DNA of 63,784 nucleotides, counting the filler, from Basidioascus undulatus (Eukaryota), in NCBI GenBank assembly GCA_000826855.1. It is 11 parts of 11 records of this genome, joined end to end, with 100 filler letters (N's around TTAATTAATTAA, not from the genome) between each part and the next. Parts side by side here need not be neighbours in the genome. Positions count along the whole stretch, not along the records: positions 1 to 5,737 come from JTLS01001881.1; positions 5,838 to 11,556 come from JTLS01001882.1; positions 11,657 to 17,371 come from JTLS01001883.1; 8 more parts are not named here. The stretch is one strand, 5' to 3'. Below are positions 1-11,872 of the stretch, one piece after another. How positions within the stretch are numbered: position 1 is the stretch's first letter; every line of letters starts with the position of its first letter. The notes under the pieces are model-generated. The model worked only from the letters and a program-made list of their open reading frames with translations, was not told the origin of the DNA and ran no database searches. Both the position numbers and the translations under genes were made by a program.

Positions 1-21
1 CCCTCACGCGCCGACTAACAG

Positions 22-1866
22 CCCCCGCCCCCGCCTACCCAGATACCCCTCCAATCCCGGCTCCGTCGTCCTCGCCGAGGCCGGGTCGATGGCGCTCGAG
101 TTCTTCCGGCTCTACCAACTGACGGGGAATCAGACGTTCTTTGATGTGGTGCGTTCTTCCTTCCTTCCCACCCCCTTCTCTTCTCGTCGGTCTTGGACTG
201 ACGATGTTGAATGCGCAGGCACAACGTACGGAGGAGTACCTCTTCGGCCTCGAGTCTACGCTCGGCAGCTTGCTCCCTACGCATGTTGCGCTCAAGTCGA
301 AGAAGCCTGTGGGCGGGACTTACACGGTCGGTGCGTCGCGTTCGCGGGGGTTGTCAGGGCGGGAAGGGAAGGACGCTGATGAACGGATGGGGTACAGGCG
401 CTTTGGCGGACTCGTACTACGAGTACTTGGTGCGTTCCCGGAAACCACCGTATCCCAGCCCCCGCATCCACGCTTATGTACTCAACGCAGATCAAGATCC
501 ACCGCCTCCTTGACTTCCGTCTCCCGATCTACGGAGAAAAATTCTCCCTCGCAGCCGACGACATTTTCACGCATCTCCTCACTCTGGTACCCGCCTCGTC
601 CGTCGGCGTCCCGGACCTCCTAATACTCGGTGAACAAGCCGCGCAGCGCGCCTCCCCCGCCCCTCTCCCCCGCCTGCGCGCCAAGCTCGAGCACCTCTCA
701 TGCTTCGCGGGTGGTACGTTCGCGCTCGGCTCCCGTCTCCTCGGGCGCGAAGACGACCTCGAGATCGCTGCAGGCCTGGCGCAGGCGTGCTTCGACGTCG
801 CGAACAGTACGAAGACGGGCTTGGCACCCGAGGTGGTGGAGTTTGATGTGGCGGCGTATGCGGATGCGCGGGACAGGCCCGTCAGGGTTGTCCCGGAGCC
901 GCCGGCCGAGCCGTGGAAGGTTAAGGACTTTGTGGGGAGGCATATTGGACGGCCGGAGATTGTGGAGAGCTTGTTTTATATGTGGCGCGTTACGGGTGAG
1001 TGGGGGGCTGGCTGGGGGTTGGGGAGAGAGGAGAAGGCTGATGGGGAGTGGGAGGATAAAGGCGAGAGGAGGTGGCAGGATATGGGGTGGAGGATGTTCA
1101 CTTCTTGGGTGCGTGGAGCGCTGTCAGTCCTTGCACTGGTGGATCGGCCGCGTGCTGATGATAGAGGATTGTGCACGCAGGCGCGGTTGACGCGCTCCAA
1201 TGCCGGGTACGCCCTTCGCATCTCTGCCGCGTCGAAGACATGATTGACAACGAAAGGCAGGTTCACCTCGATCCACGACGTGCGGCACTTCCCTGTCTTG
1301 GCGCAGGACAATCAGGAAAGGTATGCTGCTTTGTTCATTGCACGCCGCACAGCGCGTCGCTGATGTCGAGGAGGGGTCTTCTGCAGCTTCGTCCTCGCCG
1401 AGGTACGTCCCGACGCCGTGCACGAAGCGCAACGCTGTGGATGCTGACCTGCGCCTTCAGACCCTCAAATACTTCTACCTTCTCTTCAGCGACCCAAACC
1501 ATATCTCCATAGACGGTGCGCCCCCCTTCCCTCCCCACGCCCTTACCCCGCTGACCTCCCCTCCTCTCCCGGAACGCATAAGACTGGGTCCTCTCGACCG
1601 AAGCGCACCCTTTCAAGCTCTCGCACACGCCGCCTCCTCGGCCCAACGCCGTCTGGCCGAGCCTCGCCGGGCCCGTTGGGGAGGGGACGCCCCAGCAGCG
1701 CTGGTTCCAGTGGCGCGAGCACGAGCACTTCCGCAAGGGCGGGACGTCGAAACGCCCGCCTTCGGGCGGCGCGGGAACCGGGGCCGGGGCCGGGACCGGG
1801 GTGAGGCGCGTGGGCATTGGCGCGCTGCGCGAGGGGAGGCCGCCGAAGAAGGATGGGGAGGATTGA
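22..1866 (+). CDS. Glycoside hydrolase family 47 (class I alpha-1,2-mannosidase); multi-exon, 5' truncated
   Basis: Exon translations carry GH47 motifs: LEFFRLYQLTG, GALADSYYEYL, EHLSCFAGG, TGLAPE, RPEIVESLFYMWRVTG, TLKYFYLLF, LSTEAHPF. Stop TGA at 1864-1866. Confidence 0.93.
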
Positions 1867-2237
1867 GGCATGGACTGCGGTCTGTATACCATTTTTGCTA
1901 TTCGTACTTTTTTCCTTCTCGAGCGTGTACGTCTTTGCCGCGATGTGCAATTCATATTACATCGCATCGCATCGCATTACATTGCAGGGGGCATGGCTTC
2001 CCGCACAGACTAACATGGGGAGGACACGATCGTATAACTCGCATGCGCACCTAATGCTGAAAAAGAATCTGTCGGGGAGCGCAACTGCTAGCGGAGCTCG
2101 TATGGACACGGAGATACATGATAAAAGAAAGGCTGTGATTCCTCTCTTTTGGGTAAGAATGACCGAATACAATCATTCCGCGGCATGTTGTGACCTTCGC
2201 CAACCCAACCACCTGAGGCTCTTGATCACTCACCACC

Positions 2238-5056
2238 ATGACCTCCTTCCTTGGATCTCTCGCAACGCTTCTTCTCACACAGCTCGCTCTTCTCTTCTTT
2301 GCGCTCTTAGAGAAGCCAACCCCCCGGATCCCGACCGGAGAAACTCTCCCGTCCTTGTCGGACTCCTTCCTCGACCGTGACGCTGCCGCTCGACCTGCTG
2401 TCGCTCATCCTCGAGTTCGCCACCGCTGAGTCACCCGCGTCGGAGAAGTTGCAGTACCTCCTAGTATGCAAGACATGGAAGGTGGACTTTACGTCAAAGG
2501 TCTAGTTAGGGGAACCTCCTGACCGTCGAAATGCCTACATCGCTATGCGCTGCCACTGCTCTATCGTTCGATACCAACTGCTCTCAGCGTCGGCTGCTCC
2601 AGGTTGCTAGCGTCTTTATATATCCAAAGGATGCTTGAAACTCGAGCTCGAGTTTGATTCGATCGATCCTCGTCAACCTTCGCAAAGACTCGCGCGACAT
2701 CGCTCAGCTGCATGCACCGGCTCGAGCGCATCGAAGCTGCGACTAATACACCCGACTACTGGTACGGGCAATTCGATGGCGGTCTCATGTTACAGTCTCC
2801 TGCAATTGAAGGACACGCTCACCGCCCTGCTCGATGTTCACTTCACGGAACCCCTCGCTCTCGTTGTGCCGTTCTTGAATCGTTCCTGCGCTTGACAATT
2901 CTCAGACTACAGACGGGTAGCAACATCGAAGGCGGCACGCTCAGCACGCTTTATCTCCCAAAGATTCGCGAGCTCTACTGGTGCCATACGCGGAGGCCAG
3001 CCAGCTGGCAGGGCGTCCACCAGGTCTTGCGCCGCGCCTCTCTGGCTCAACGTGGGCAGCGCTTGGTCCGACGTGCCCGCTCTGAATGAGATTCTGGAGC
3101 GCTTTGGACCAAAGCTTCGACATAATCCACAAAGCCCGGGTTGTAGCTGGGCTGAACTTCAATGCCTGCTCACGCCTCCGATACTTCCATGTCGGAGAGG
3201 GACAGCTCATTCGCGGCAATTTAGATTTCGACTTGGCGCATCCGTATCTCCATTCACTCTGAATCACTGCTAAATCGAATTGACAGGGGCTCACCGGGCT
3301 CGATGAGTTTGTCAAGAGTCTGTCTATATCGCGAACACCGCGCCTTTCTGAGGTCCGGCTCTTGGTGGATGACCGGGCGGAATGCTGGACATCGGAGGCT
3401 CAAAGTTGGTACGGCGAGACGAAGGCAATTCTCAATGACAAGGGTGACAAGTTGACTCGAAAACACACGCTTCCATGAGGGGCAAGATATGCCCGCTTCA
3501 GAATCGTTTGTCCGCGATGTGGTACATGCGCTCGCCGCTTGGCAGAAATGATGTCGTTGAGCGGACCCTGGGGCGCTTTTTGGCATGGGTGGATGCCGCT
3601 TGATTCGGGTTGCGGTTTCGAGAGAATGGAGAAGAAATGCGTCCTGCCTGCGTACTTTCGACGCCACAAAAGTCAGCTTCAGGGCACGAGGCAAGCACGC
3701 ACTTCTTCGCTTTGTAGACATTGGCACACAAGCTGACATTCAAACATGTCTCATTGACGGCTAAGGCTGAGAAGGGTCAAACAGCTCAATGCCTCGACCG
3801 TATCCTAGCGATCATTTCGAGAAGTCATCGCCAGACACTTGCCTTGTTGGTCCCTGAGCTGAATCCCGCACAGCTCAAGACGATGGCCCATTTTGAGTGC
3901 CCATCCAAAAAAAAAAGCGTCCTCCATATCTACCCACGTGGATGCATTGGTCGACATGGGGAGCAAGACGACAGTCCTGAGATTAGCGAGTGGTCGGGTT
4001 CGAAGCGGATGCAAAAGGCGTTCCAGGAGAATACGGGACTCATGAGACGTGTCTTTGTAAGTCGATCTCGAGAGAACGTAATATGACGGGAAGGGACTGA
4101 ATAATGTCTCCTCCCGGCAAGTGAGTGCCCAACCCAAGCGAGAGTTGATCGACATTTGAGCAGAGCGCGAGCACGGCGGGCAACTTCTGCGTTGACTTGA
4201 TGGAGGTTTAGGGGAAGCGTGCGCAGCTGTTGCCGTGTCGCGTTAAAAAGTAGTAGAGGTTCTGCGCGGCTTCACGCGGCAAGACGAGTTTGCGGACAAA
4301 AGTACTGTGAGTCGAAACCCTGCTATGCGCCCTGTGAGACTTGTATGGGGGCGTTGACTGCTGCATGAGAGCAGAGCGAGAAGTTGCTAGCGGAGATCGG
4401 CCAAGCCGTGGAAATAATTCCAAAGCTTCGGTATTTTACTCTCGAGCTCCCCGAACATCTAGCCCTCAGTTCGTCGCTGCTGTCTACGCTCGCTTCATGC
4501 CGTTACTTGCGATTCCTCGCCAACTCAATTCATCCCACGCCCTTAGCATTCGACCGGCTCTCGAACTTACAACACTCGCATTGTCTACAATGCGGCCCCT
4601 CGATGACGCCTTTCTTCCGCAGTCTCTGAGTCGACCGCAGTGGGTAGAGGCGGAACAACAGTGGCACGGCATTCTTGAACTTGAAGCGCCCACCTGGAAG
4701 AGGTTGATCGTCACCCTTGACATGAATCTCGAAGAGCACATCGAGTTCGACGGGGCCTTCGTGACTGAGATCGCTTCGGCGGGATTGACTTCCTCTGTCT
4801 CATCGGACTCGAAGTGACAATCCAATCGCTCCCATACTTTGATGTCTGGTACCAGTTTCTGTATGTTGATTTTGAGGCCAAAGACCAGGAGAACGGGTGG
4901 ACAGAAGAGAGGTTGTCTTCATTTGAACCCTTGAAGGAGTGGCTCATGCGCGTGTTACCGTTCAGCATGGTAGGACACTGGAGACCGAGCTGGATGATCT
5001 GGAGAACCTTGATGCTAGTCTATACTTTGGGCTTAGACGTCACTGACATCTCCTGA
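2238..5056 (+). pseudogene. Degenerate F-box-type gene(s), lineage-specific
   Basis: About 2380-2481 reads LPLDLLSLILEFA...LQYLLVCKTWK followed by a GT donor, then ALPLLYRSI, an F-box-like pattern. This is out of frame with ATG 2238. Downstream ORFs are broken, e.g. a frame change near 4800. Extent uncertain. Confidence 0.35.
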
Positions 5057-5557
5057 TACGCTGCAATGAGTTTGGCTTTCAGTGATTTGTATTGCGTGTA
5101 ACCAGGCAGCTTTTGGGCGCTCCGCACATGAAGTAGCTGTTCAAGCTATGCACCTTCCTTGAGTGCCGATGAGACTCTAGGCCTCATAGGATGTTTCCAG
5201 AGGAAAACAACTCGGGGGCACTTCAAATTCACGCTTCACAGGCTCTTGCTGACGATCAAACTAAAGACAGGATGTGCATTGCACGAAAAAACTTGTTCTT
5301 GCAAATCCGCAAATTCAATTCCGGCGCAGACACACAAAATTAGGAGCAGTATAGTAGAAGCTTGGGAAGCGATCAGTTACGGCTTTCGTTGTCATCCTCG
5401 TTGTCACCGTTCTTTCCCCCGCGGCCACCATTGTTGTTCTCGTCGTCGTCGTCGCCTTTCTGCTTCTTGTCATCCTCCTTCTTGTCTTCATTCTTCTTCT
5501 CGTCTTTCTTGTCACCGGAGGCGTTGTCGTTGCAGGGTAGAGTTGGATGGTGCCTGT

Positions 5558-5737
5558 GCGTGGGCACACCCGGACGTTGCACTCATCCCACTGGGGTCGC
5601 GCCTCACAGCAGGGACCGGCAAGTCGGTGGTAGTAACGTACGACCCCTCAATCCTCGAGCTGGTGAACTCGAGTAGCGACGTAGCCGCCTTCGACAGTGT
5701 TGTGGCAGCGAAGTGGCACGCAAGGGCGCTACTGCCC
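5558..5737 (+). other. Fragment of an unidentified multicopy coding sequence (AWAHPDVALIPLGSRLTAG...), runs into contig end
   Basis: 5558-5612 matches 34745-34799 at 47/55 nt, and all 8 differences are synonymous in this frame. Confidence 0.6.
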
Positions 5738-5837
5738 NNNNNNNNNNNNNNNNNNNNNNNNNNNNNNNNNNNNNNNNNNNNTTAATTAATTAANNNNNNN
5801 NNNNNNNNNNNNNNNNNNNNNNNNNNNNNNNNNNNNN
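5738..5837. other. Artificial contig-joining linker
   Basis: N44-TTAATTAATTAA-N44, stops in all six frames. Confidence 0.99.
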
Positions 5838-6339
5838 CCCTTCTCCCTGTCCTCATTCTCCAAACGAAACACTCAACCCCCCCCCCCTCCCTCCGAGAAG
5901 GTCCTTCCTTTTACGGGGTCATTTTTCAGTCCGCGGTGAACACCCAGCTCACAAGTCACGCTCAACGGCCTTCAAAGTCCGAATTACTCAAACGACGCGA
6001 GATCTGTGGTTGGCTGCGAGGACGGCGGGGTGTCAGCCACGAGGCTAGTTCTGGCTTATCAGATTTCGAGATACTTCTCTTATAAGATATCTTTCCATAG
6101 ACCATCTAATCTTATTATGCTTCTGAAGACGAAGAAGAATATGCGATTGGGGAGGGGTGGGGTGGTCGTGTGCTTGCTTTGAGGGATGTTCTTCGGGGTG
6201 GGCTGGCCTTCTCTTTCTCTTCCTCTTCAAGTTCTTGTTCCTTAACAGTCCGCAAGTACGACAGCCCAACTTCAACGCAGTTGATGTCACCCTAGCAAAG
6301 CGCCGCGGCGGCTCTGAAGGCGTACCGGAACAAGCTGAA

Positions 6340-8000
6340 AGAGGCCGCCGGGCGCGCCTGCCTTATCCTCAGCCTCGCGCATATGTACGGCCGTGCTAAA
6401 GCGGGATTCAAGGGTGACACGTCGCTGTCGGAGCACTACATGTGGTCAGTATCAGTATCCCTACCAAACTCCTATGTAATACTGCTGATGATGGACCGTT
6501 ATTGTTCGGTCAGGTGGGACATCGCCGCTGTCGTCGCCTACGGGCTGCTCGTCCTCCTCGGCACCCGATTCGTGCGGAATAAGTTCTTCGTGTGGAGCCA
6601 TGTCGTCCTTGTTGCAGTATTCCGTCAGTTATTGATTTTTTTGTGGTAAAAGTTTCTACTGACGCGAGTCTGTCTGCAGAGGTCGGGATGTGGTACCACT
6701 GGCCGGCGCACAAGAAAGGGCAGTACGGGAAGTGGCTGTATGCCGGCTGGGGTAGGTCTCTCTCGCTCTACTCGCAGCATCTACATCCTTAATTAAAACG
6801 ATGAACTATTTGTCCAGTCATTTGGGGCTTCGACCGTCTCGCGCGCCTCGCTCGTCTTCTCTTCATCGACGCACAACATTTCATGCTCCGAAAGCAGGAG
6901 GCCAAGGACTGCGGGCTGATGTTGCTCTCGCCCTCTACGCTCCGGCTCTCTGTTCAGACGTACGGACTCCCATACACTTGGGATGGCCTTGAAGTCAACT
7001 CACACATGCTCTTTGCTATTCAGGAAAATGTCGTGGCGTCCAGGACAACACGTCTTCCTCTCCGTTCCCGCTGCGTCGCCGTACTGGCTGGAGGGCCATC
7101 CTTTCACTGTTGCTGTGAGTCCCACAGCCTGCGTATCCTTCAGGAGAAACTGACATAAAGTGTTCATCAGTCGATCTCCGAGGCGACTCCTTGGTCACAG
7201 GGTGCCGAGCGGACCGCAATGTTCCTCATTCGCTGCCGGGACGGCTTCATGCGCCGCTTGAAGGACGCCGTCGAACCGCCTGCTCCTCAACCGCTTCGTG
7301 TTTACATGGTGAGTTAATCGTATTTGGAATATATTTTAGCAGCTTATGGACTTGCCTGACCGGATGGTCCATACGGAACATCACACGACCTCACGCACCA
7401 CTCCTCCGTTGCATCGGGTATGTGCTATAGCCTACACTTTTTACAGGAAGAAAGTCTTACACCACACCCCGTTTGACAGGCAAGCTTCCCTCTCCCGCTC
7501 CGCCGTCAAGCGCATCACCTTCATCAGAGTCGTCCGCTCGCCACGCACTCTCTCCTGGATCGAGTCCTCCCTCACGCCAGCGCTCTCCGCCGCACCTGCT
7601 AGCCTAGTCGACATCTGCCTCTTCCTCTCCGACAGCAACCGCGCCCAGGAGACTTTGCAGACGCCCAGTCTCGAGAAAGACGTCGAGGACGCCTCCTCCC
7701 TCGCGAGCGCTAGCATCGCCGAGAAGGCCTCGTCGTCGAGCACGAAGGGCTTCGCGCCGACCTGGCTCGAAGGTCGGCCGGACTTCAAGACCCTCCCCAG
7801 AGAGGCGGTCGGCAACGATGCCGGTAGGTCGGTGCACGTGACTTGTGAGTCCTTCCTGCTCGACTGCTTTTCTCGTAGGCTGCGGTCCGGCCAACTTGTC
7901 GGCAGATGCCCGGTGCGCTGTGCGGGACCTCGCCCAGCCGGGTGCCGTACTGCGCGGCGGGGCGAGTATCAGTCTGCACGTCGAGACTTTCGGGTGGTAG
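6340..8000 (+). pseudogene. Ferric-chelate reductase (FRE/NOX-like) gene, probably pseudogenised
   Basis: Motifs GRACLILSLAH, FVWSHVVL, WGFDRLAR, WRPGQHVFLSVP..EGHPFTVA (FAD), DGPYG, KRITFIRVVRS, EGRPD, CGPA, HVETFGW* (TAG 7998-8000). The N-terminal TM part and the LIAGGSGI NADPH loop are not found. Confidence 0.8.
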
Positions 8001-8800
8001 TTTGCTTTCAGCTTTCACATCCCCAACAACCTTGCCATTTCTATCCTTTTGGGTATTTGTGAGGGGTTACAAATTTTTCCTATATTTCTTTCGGGCTTTT
8101 TATGTGGACTCTCATTGGTGTTGTCGATCAAATGTAAAGACTCGTCGGACACAGTCCGACTTTGCTGCGAGCCTTGAGTGCAACAGCATGAGCAAATGTG
8201 CGTCAAGCTGAAAGTGTACAGAATGAATCTTCTTCCCTGTAAAATACCTTCCCCAAAGAAGCTTTGTCCTGGGTCAGACAGCCATGCGTCACACAGCTGT
8301 GCAGCTCGTAGCCTTGTACGCACCAAGCAGTACGTTGGACTGCTGCACGACCCGGCATAAGCAGCAGGATTATCCCCAGCCGGCCTGGAGTAAATACATT
8401 AGAAGTACTCACCGAGATTTTAGCATAAAAGTCTTGACTGGGCGTATCTGTCTTGAGGTAATAGCGAGCGGGATAAACAGGAGTCGTTCCACGGCAGGCC
8501 CCTCAGGGTGTCGATGTGTGGGGACTGAATAGTGCTGAATAGGTTGCTTCCCAATACAAATCGCATTTTTCAAATATCACAACTCGGCTGCTGCTGGATC
8601 TCGCCCTGTTTTGCCTCCAGCAGAAAATGTTGTTTGGCGCTGCTCAAGTCAATGATGAAACACTAGAAAGTATTTGTATCGCGGCATTACAAGCCTGAGC
8701 GCGTGCCAGCAGCTGCGTTCCTCCTTGACCTTCAACGCCTCGCCCCCGCTCGCTCTCCGTACCGAGGCCACTGACCCATCCGGTCGCCTAGTAGCGCATA

Positions 8801-9923
8801 ATGATCCGCTCACGACCATCACGACCGTGCTCTCCGCCCTCCTTGCCGTCCTGCCCCGCGCCTCTCCCCCGCCCAAGACGGCATCCGGCGCGCACGCTCC
8901 CGCTCCTCCTCGCCTTCCTGCTCGCATTCTTCTTCTTCCCCCAAGCTGCGCACGCGATCAAGTTCGACCTTCCAGCGGCAAAGTACCCGTCGGAAAAGTG
9001 CATCTGGCACTACGTCAACGCCGACACCCTCGTCGTCGTCACCGCCCATGTCAATCTCGGGCACAAGCAGCGGTCCGCGCTTCCCATACACCCCACCCTT
9101 GTCTCGTTTGGCTGGCAGGGATGCTGATGAGGGGCTGAGCTGGAGGATAGGGTGGATTTGGAGATTGTGGATGGGGGCCACCATGGGAACGTCTACTTGA
9201 GCAAGAAGGACGTTAAGGGCGAGTCGCGCTTCGCGATCACCACTCACGCGCACGCAGACTTGGGAGTCTGCTTCAAGAACTTCTTGGCAGATGGTGAGTC
9301 TGAGCGTACCTGTTCCCTTGTCTTCCGTCATGGTCGGTGGGACTGCGAATGCCGCATCGCCTCGCGTCCCTCCCCAACCAAGCCCTCCTTTTATAAATCG
9401 CCTTGCCTTACCCGCTCCCAGACGCCCCCGCCCACCTCACGAGCTCCTACTCCACCATCATCGACCTCGACATCGACATCGGCGCCGAGGCTGTCGACTA
9501 CAACGCGATCGCGAATCAGGAGCACCTCTCCACGCTCGAGGTGGACATGCGCAAGCTCGAGCAGATGTGCAAGGAGGTCGTGAACGAGATGAATTACCTC
9601 AAGAAGCGCGAGGAGCGCATGCGGGATACGAACGGTTCATCCCACACCTTTGTTTCTCTTGGGGGGGCGTGGCGCTGGGGGCATGGGAAGCTGATGGTGG
9701 CTGTGATCGGTGCGGGTGTGTGCAGAGTCGACCAACGTGCGTGTCAAGGGCTTTGCGTTCTTGACGCTCGGGATCATCATTTCCCTCGGGGTGTGGCAAG
9801 TCCTGCATCTCAGGACGTATTTCCGCCGCAAAGTGTGTCCCGTTCTCTTTCTGCCTCATCCCCCATCTCCGCTGACGGCGCAACTCCCACCCTCCTCGCG
9901 TGATCCAGTTCCTTATCGACTGA
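8801..9923 (+). CDS. ERV25: p24 delta / emp24-gp25L family cargo receptor
   Basis: Signal peptide ending AHA-IKFDL; GOLD domain (KCIWHY..., DLGVCFKN); DIDIGAEAVDY; LEVDMRKLE..EMNYLKKREERMRDTNESTNVRV; TM segment; tail LRTYFRRK-FLID*. Confidence 0.93.
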
Positions 9924-10437
9924 GCGCGCGTGCGCGGACGAGTATTGGGGGCACGTGGGAAGGGGGGCGCGCGGCGCAGTGAGGCTTCTGGGGTGTGTTC
10001 GCGCGAGGCGGGCGCGGGCGGGAGATGGGGACGGATGGCGCCTGCTTCGTGTGGATGGTCCCGGGCTTGGGCGGCGCATAGTGTGAGGGAAGGGACATAT
10101 TGATACCCTGTCATGGCATTTCGCGACGCGGGTGTGTGCGTAGGTCGAAGCCATGTCAGGCCGTAGCTGGCGCGGCGTGAGCGGAGCTCAAAGTGCGGCG
10201 CTTTCAGAAGCCCTTTGACTTTTCAGGCAAGTGATCGAAACGAATTGATGTTTATGTGAAAGGCGTACGTTCGAGCTTGTTCGACGATGGAAGGTCTCAG
10301 ACAGGATTGTTAGGCGATCGATCCCCGTGCCTTCGGCGAACTCCTTTATCAACGCCTCGACCGCCTTCCTGCTTTCGTGCTTCGTTGCTCTCGTTGCCTT
10401 TCTTCTTCCCATGGTCTCACCCTTTGCTCATCTTGCC

Positions 10438-11556
10438 ATGTCTTCCACGACCCTCACCGACGCGCTCCTCCGCCTGGTATCGGAGTACCAAGACTTCAAC
10501 TCCTCGCGGGCGGAGGTCCTCGAGTCTGCGCCCAACGCGCTCGAGTTCAGCAGGCTTGTTGCGGCGGGACGGCCGGCGCTTATCAAGGGTGAGTTTCTGG
10601 GTCGAAGGGGACGTGGGTTGTAGTTTTGGGCAGATGTTGCTTGCGGGCAGGTGGAACCAATGCATTTGCATCGAGATGAGGGCGCTTGCAGCTTGCGTTT
10701 CGAGACTCGCCCATACCCAGCATGATCGACGCACGTTCTCACTTTACGACCTCCTCGCATGGACAGGCCTGGGCCGCTCGTTTCTCGCCTTTCGCGCCTG
10801 GACGCCGTCCTACCTTTCGAAGGCGATCGCTGCGCCGGTCGAGATCGCAGTCACTCCATCAGGGTACTTTAACCCTTAACGCTCTCGATTTCACTTCCCT
10901 TGTCGTATCTCACCTATGTTTCATCTTTCAACATTGCGCGATTTCGATCGATCTACGTCAACTCAGGAACGCCGACGCTCTCGTCGCTCACCCGGACAAC
11001 GGGAAGACATACTTCGTCGAGCCTCACAAGGAGCTCATGCCGGTCTCGCAGTTCTTCGAGCTTCTCGAAAGACGAGACGAAGCGGAGCTAAGTGCGTTGT
11101 GCAGTCAAACTCCAGTACTCCCATACAATGGCTCACAGGCGGCGAGGGACATTCGCAGATCCTCGAGGCGAGGTGCATTACCTGCAGTCACAGAATGGGA
11201 ACCTCGCGGACAAGGAGTTCGCCCCTCTCCGGGCAGACGTGCCGCCAAGTATTGACTTTGTTGATCAGGCCTTGGGTGGGTCTGTGCGTGGGGAGATGGG
11301 ATGGGTAGGATGGGGTGCTGATACGATGGCCGGATAGGGAGGAAGCCGGACGCTGTGAACATTTGGGTGGGTGACGAGCGGAGCACAACATCCTTGCACA
11401 AAGGTCTGATTGACCGTATTTGGATACGAAAGCTTGATGCTGACTAGGAAGGGCAGATCCATACGAGAACATCTACGTCGTTCTCACCGGGTCGAAGACG
11501 TTCGCTCTCTTCCCACCCACGGAGGGCATCTGCCTGCATGGTCCGCCCCTCTCCCT
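10438..11556 (+). CDS. JmjC/cupin-8 protein, JMJD7-like; 3' truncated
   Basis: [77 protein letters not shown]. Confidence 0.9.
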
Positions 11557-11656
11557 NNNNNNNNNNNNNNNNNNNNNNNNNNNNNNNNNNNNNNNNNNNN
11601 TTAATTAATTAANNNNNNNNNNNNNNNNNNNNNNNNNNNNNNNNNNNNNNNNNNNN
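11557..11656. other. Artificial contig-joining linker
   Basis: N44-TTAATTAATTAA-N44. Confidence 0.99.
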
Positions 11657-11872
11657 ATGCAGCAGCTTCCTTGGCCACTCCAACTTCCCCACGCCCAGCA
11701 CAAGCTGCGGCTTGCCCGCCTTGTCGAGCACGACCGCAGGGTCGCCGGGCACGTCGACGGACGGAGGCGGGTCGACGAACGCGATCCCCTCGTCCACGAC
11801 GGGCTCGCGCGCGCTGGCCTCGGAGGGGGGCTTGTTGGCGGTCGTGCGAGGGCGGAGGACGCGGGAGGACAT
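11657..11872 (-). CDS. DGK1: CTP-dependent diacylglycerol kinase, N-terminal part only
   Basis: Disordered N-terminus followed by KLEWPRKLLH, resembling the Dgk1 E.PRK.LH motif. Only this short motif is available. Confidence 0.6.

Noticed and set aside
5373..5582. Acidic/basic low-complexity ORF on the minus strand (DKKDEKKNED...)
   Set aside because: Trinucleotide-like low complexity with no recognisable domain; the synonymous pattern of the adjacent repeat favours the plus frame.
5738..5837. Regularly spaced identical TTAATTAATTAA repeats and ORFs ending in X...LIN
   Set aside because: Artificial linker; not a CRISPR array or biological repeat.
10327..10437. In-frame hydrophobic N-terminal extension of the JMJD7-like gene
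   Set aside because: Pyrimidine-rich 5' regions translate as hydrophobic by chance; the start at 10438 fits the family.
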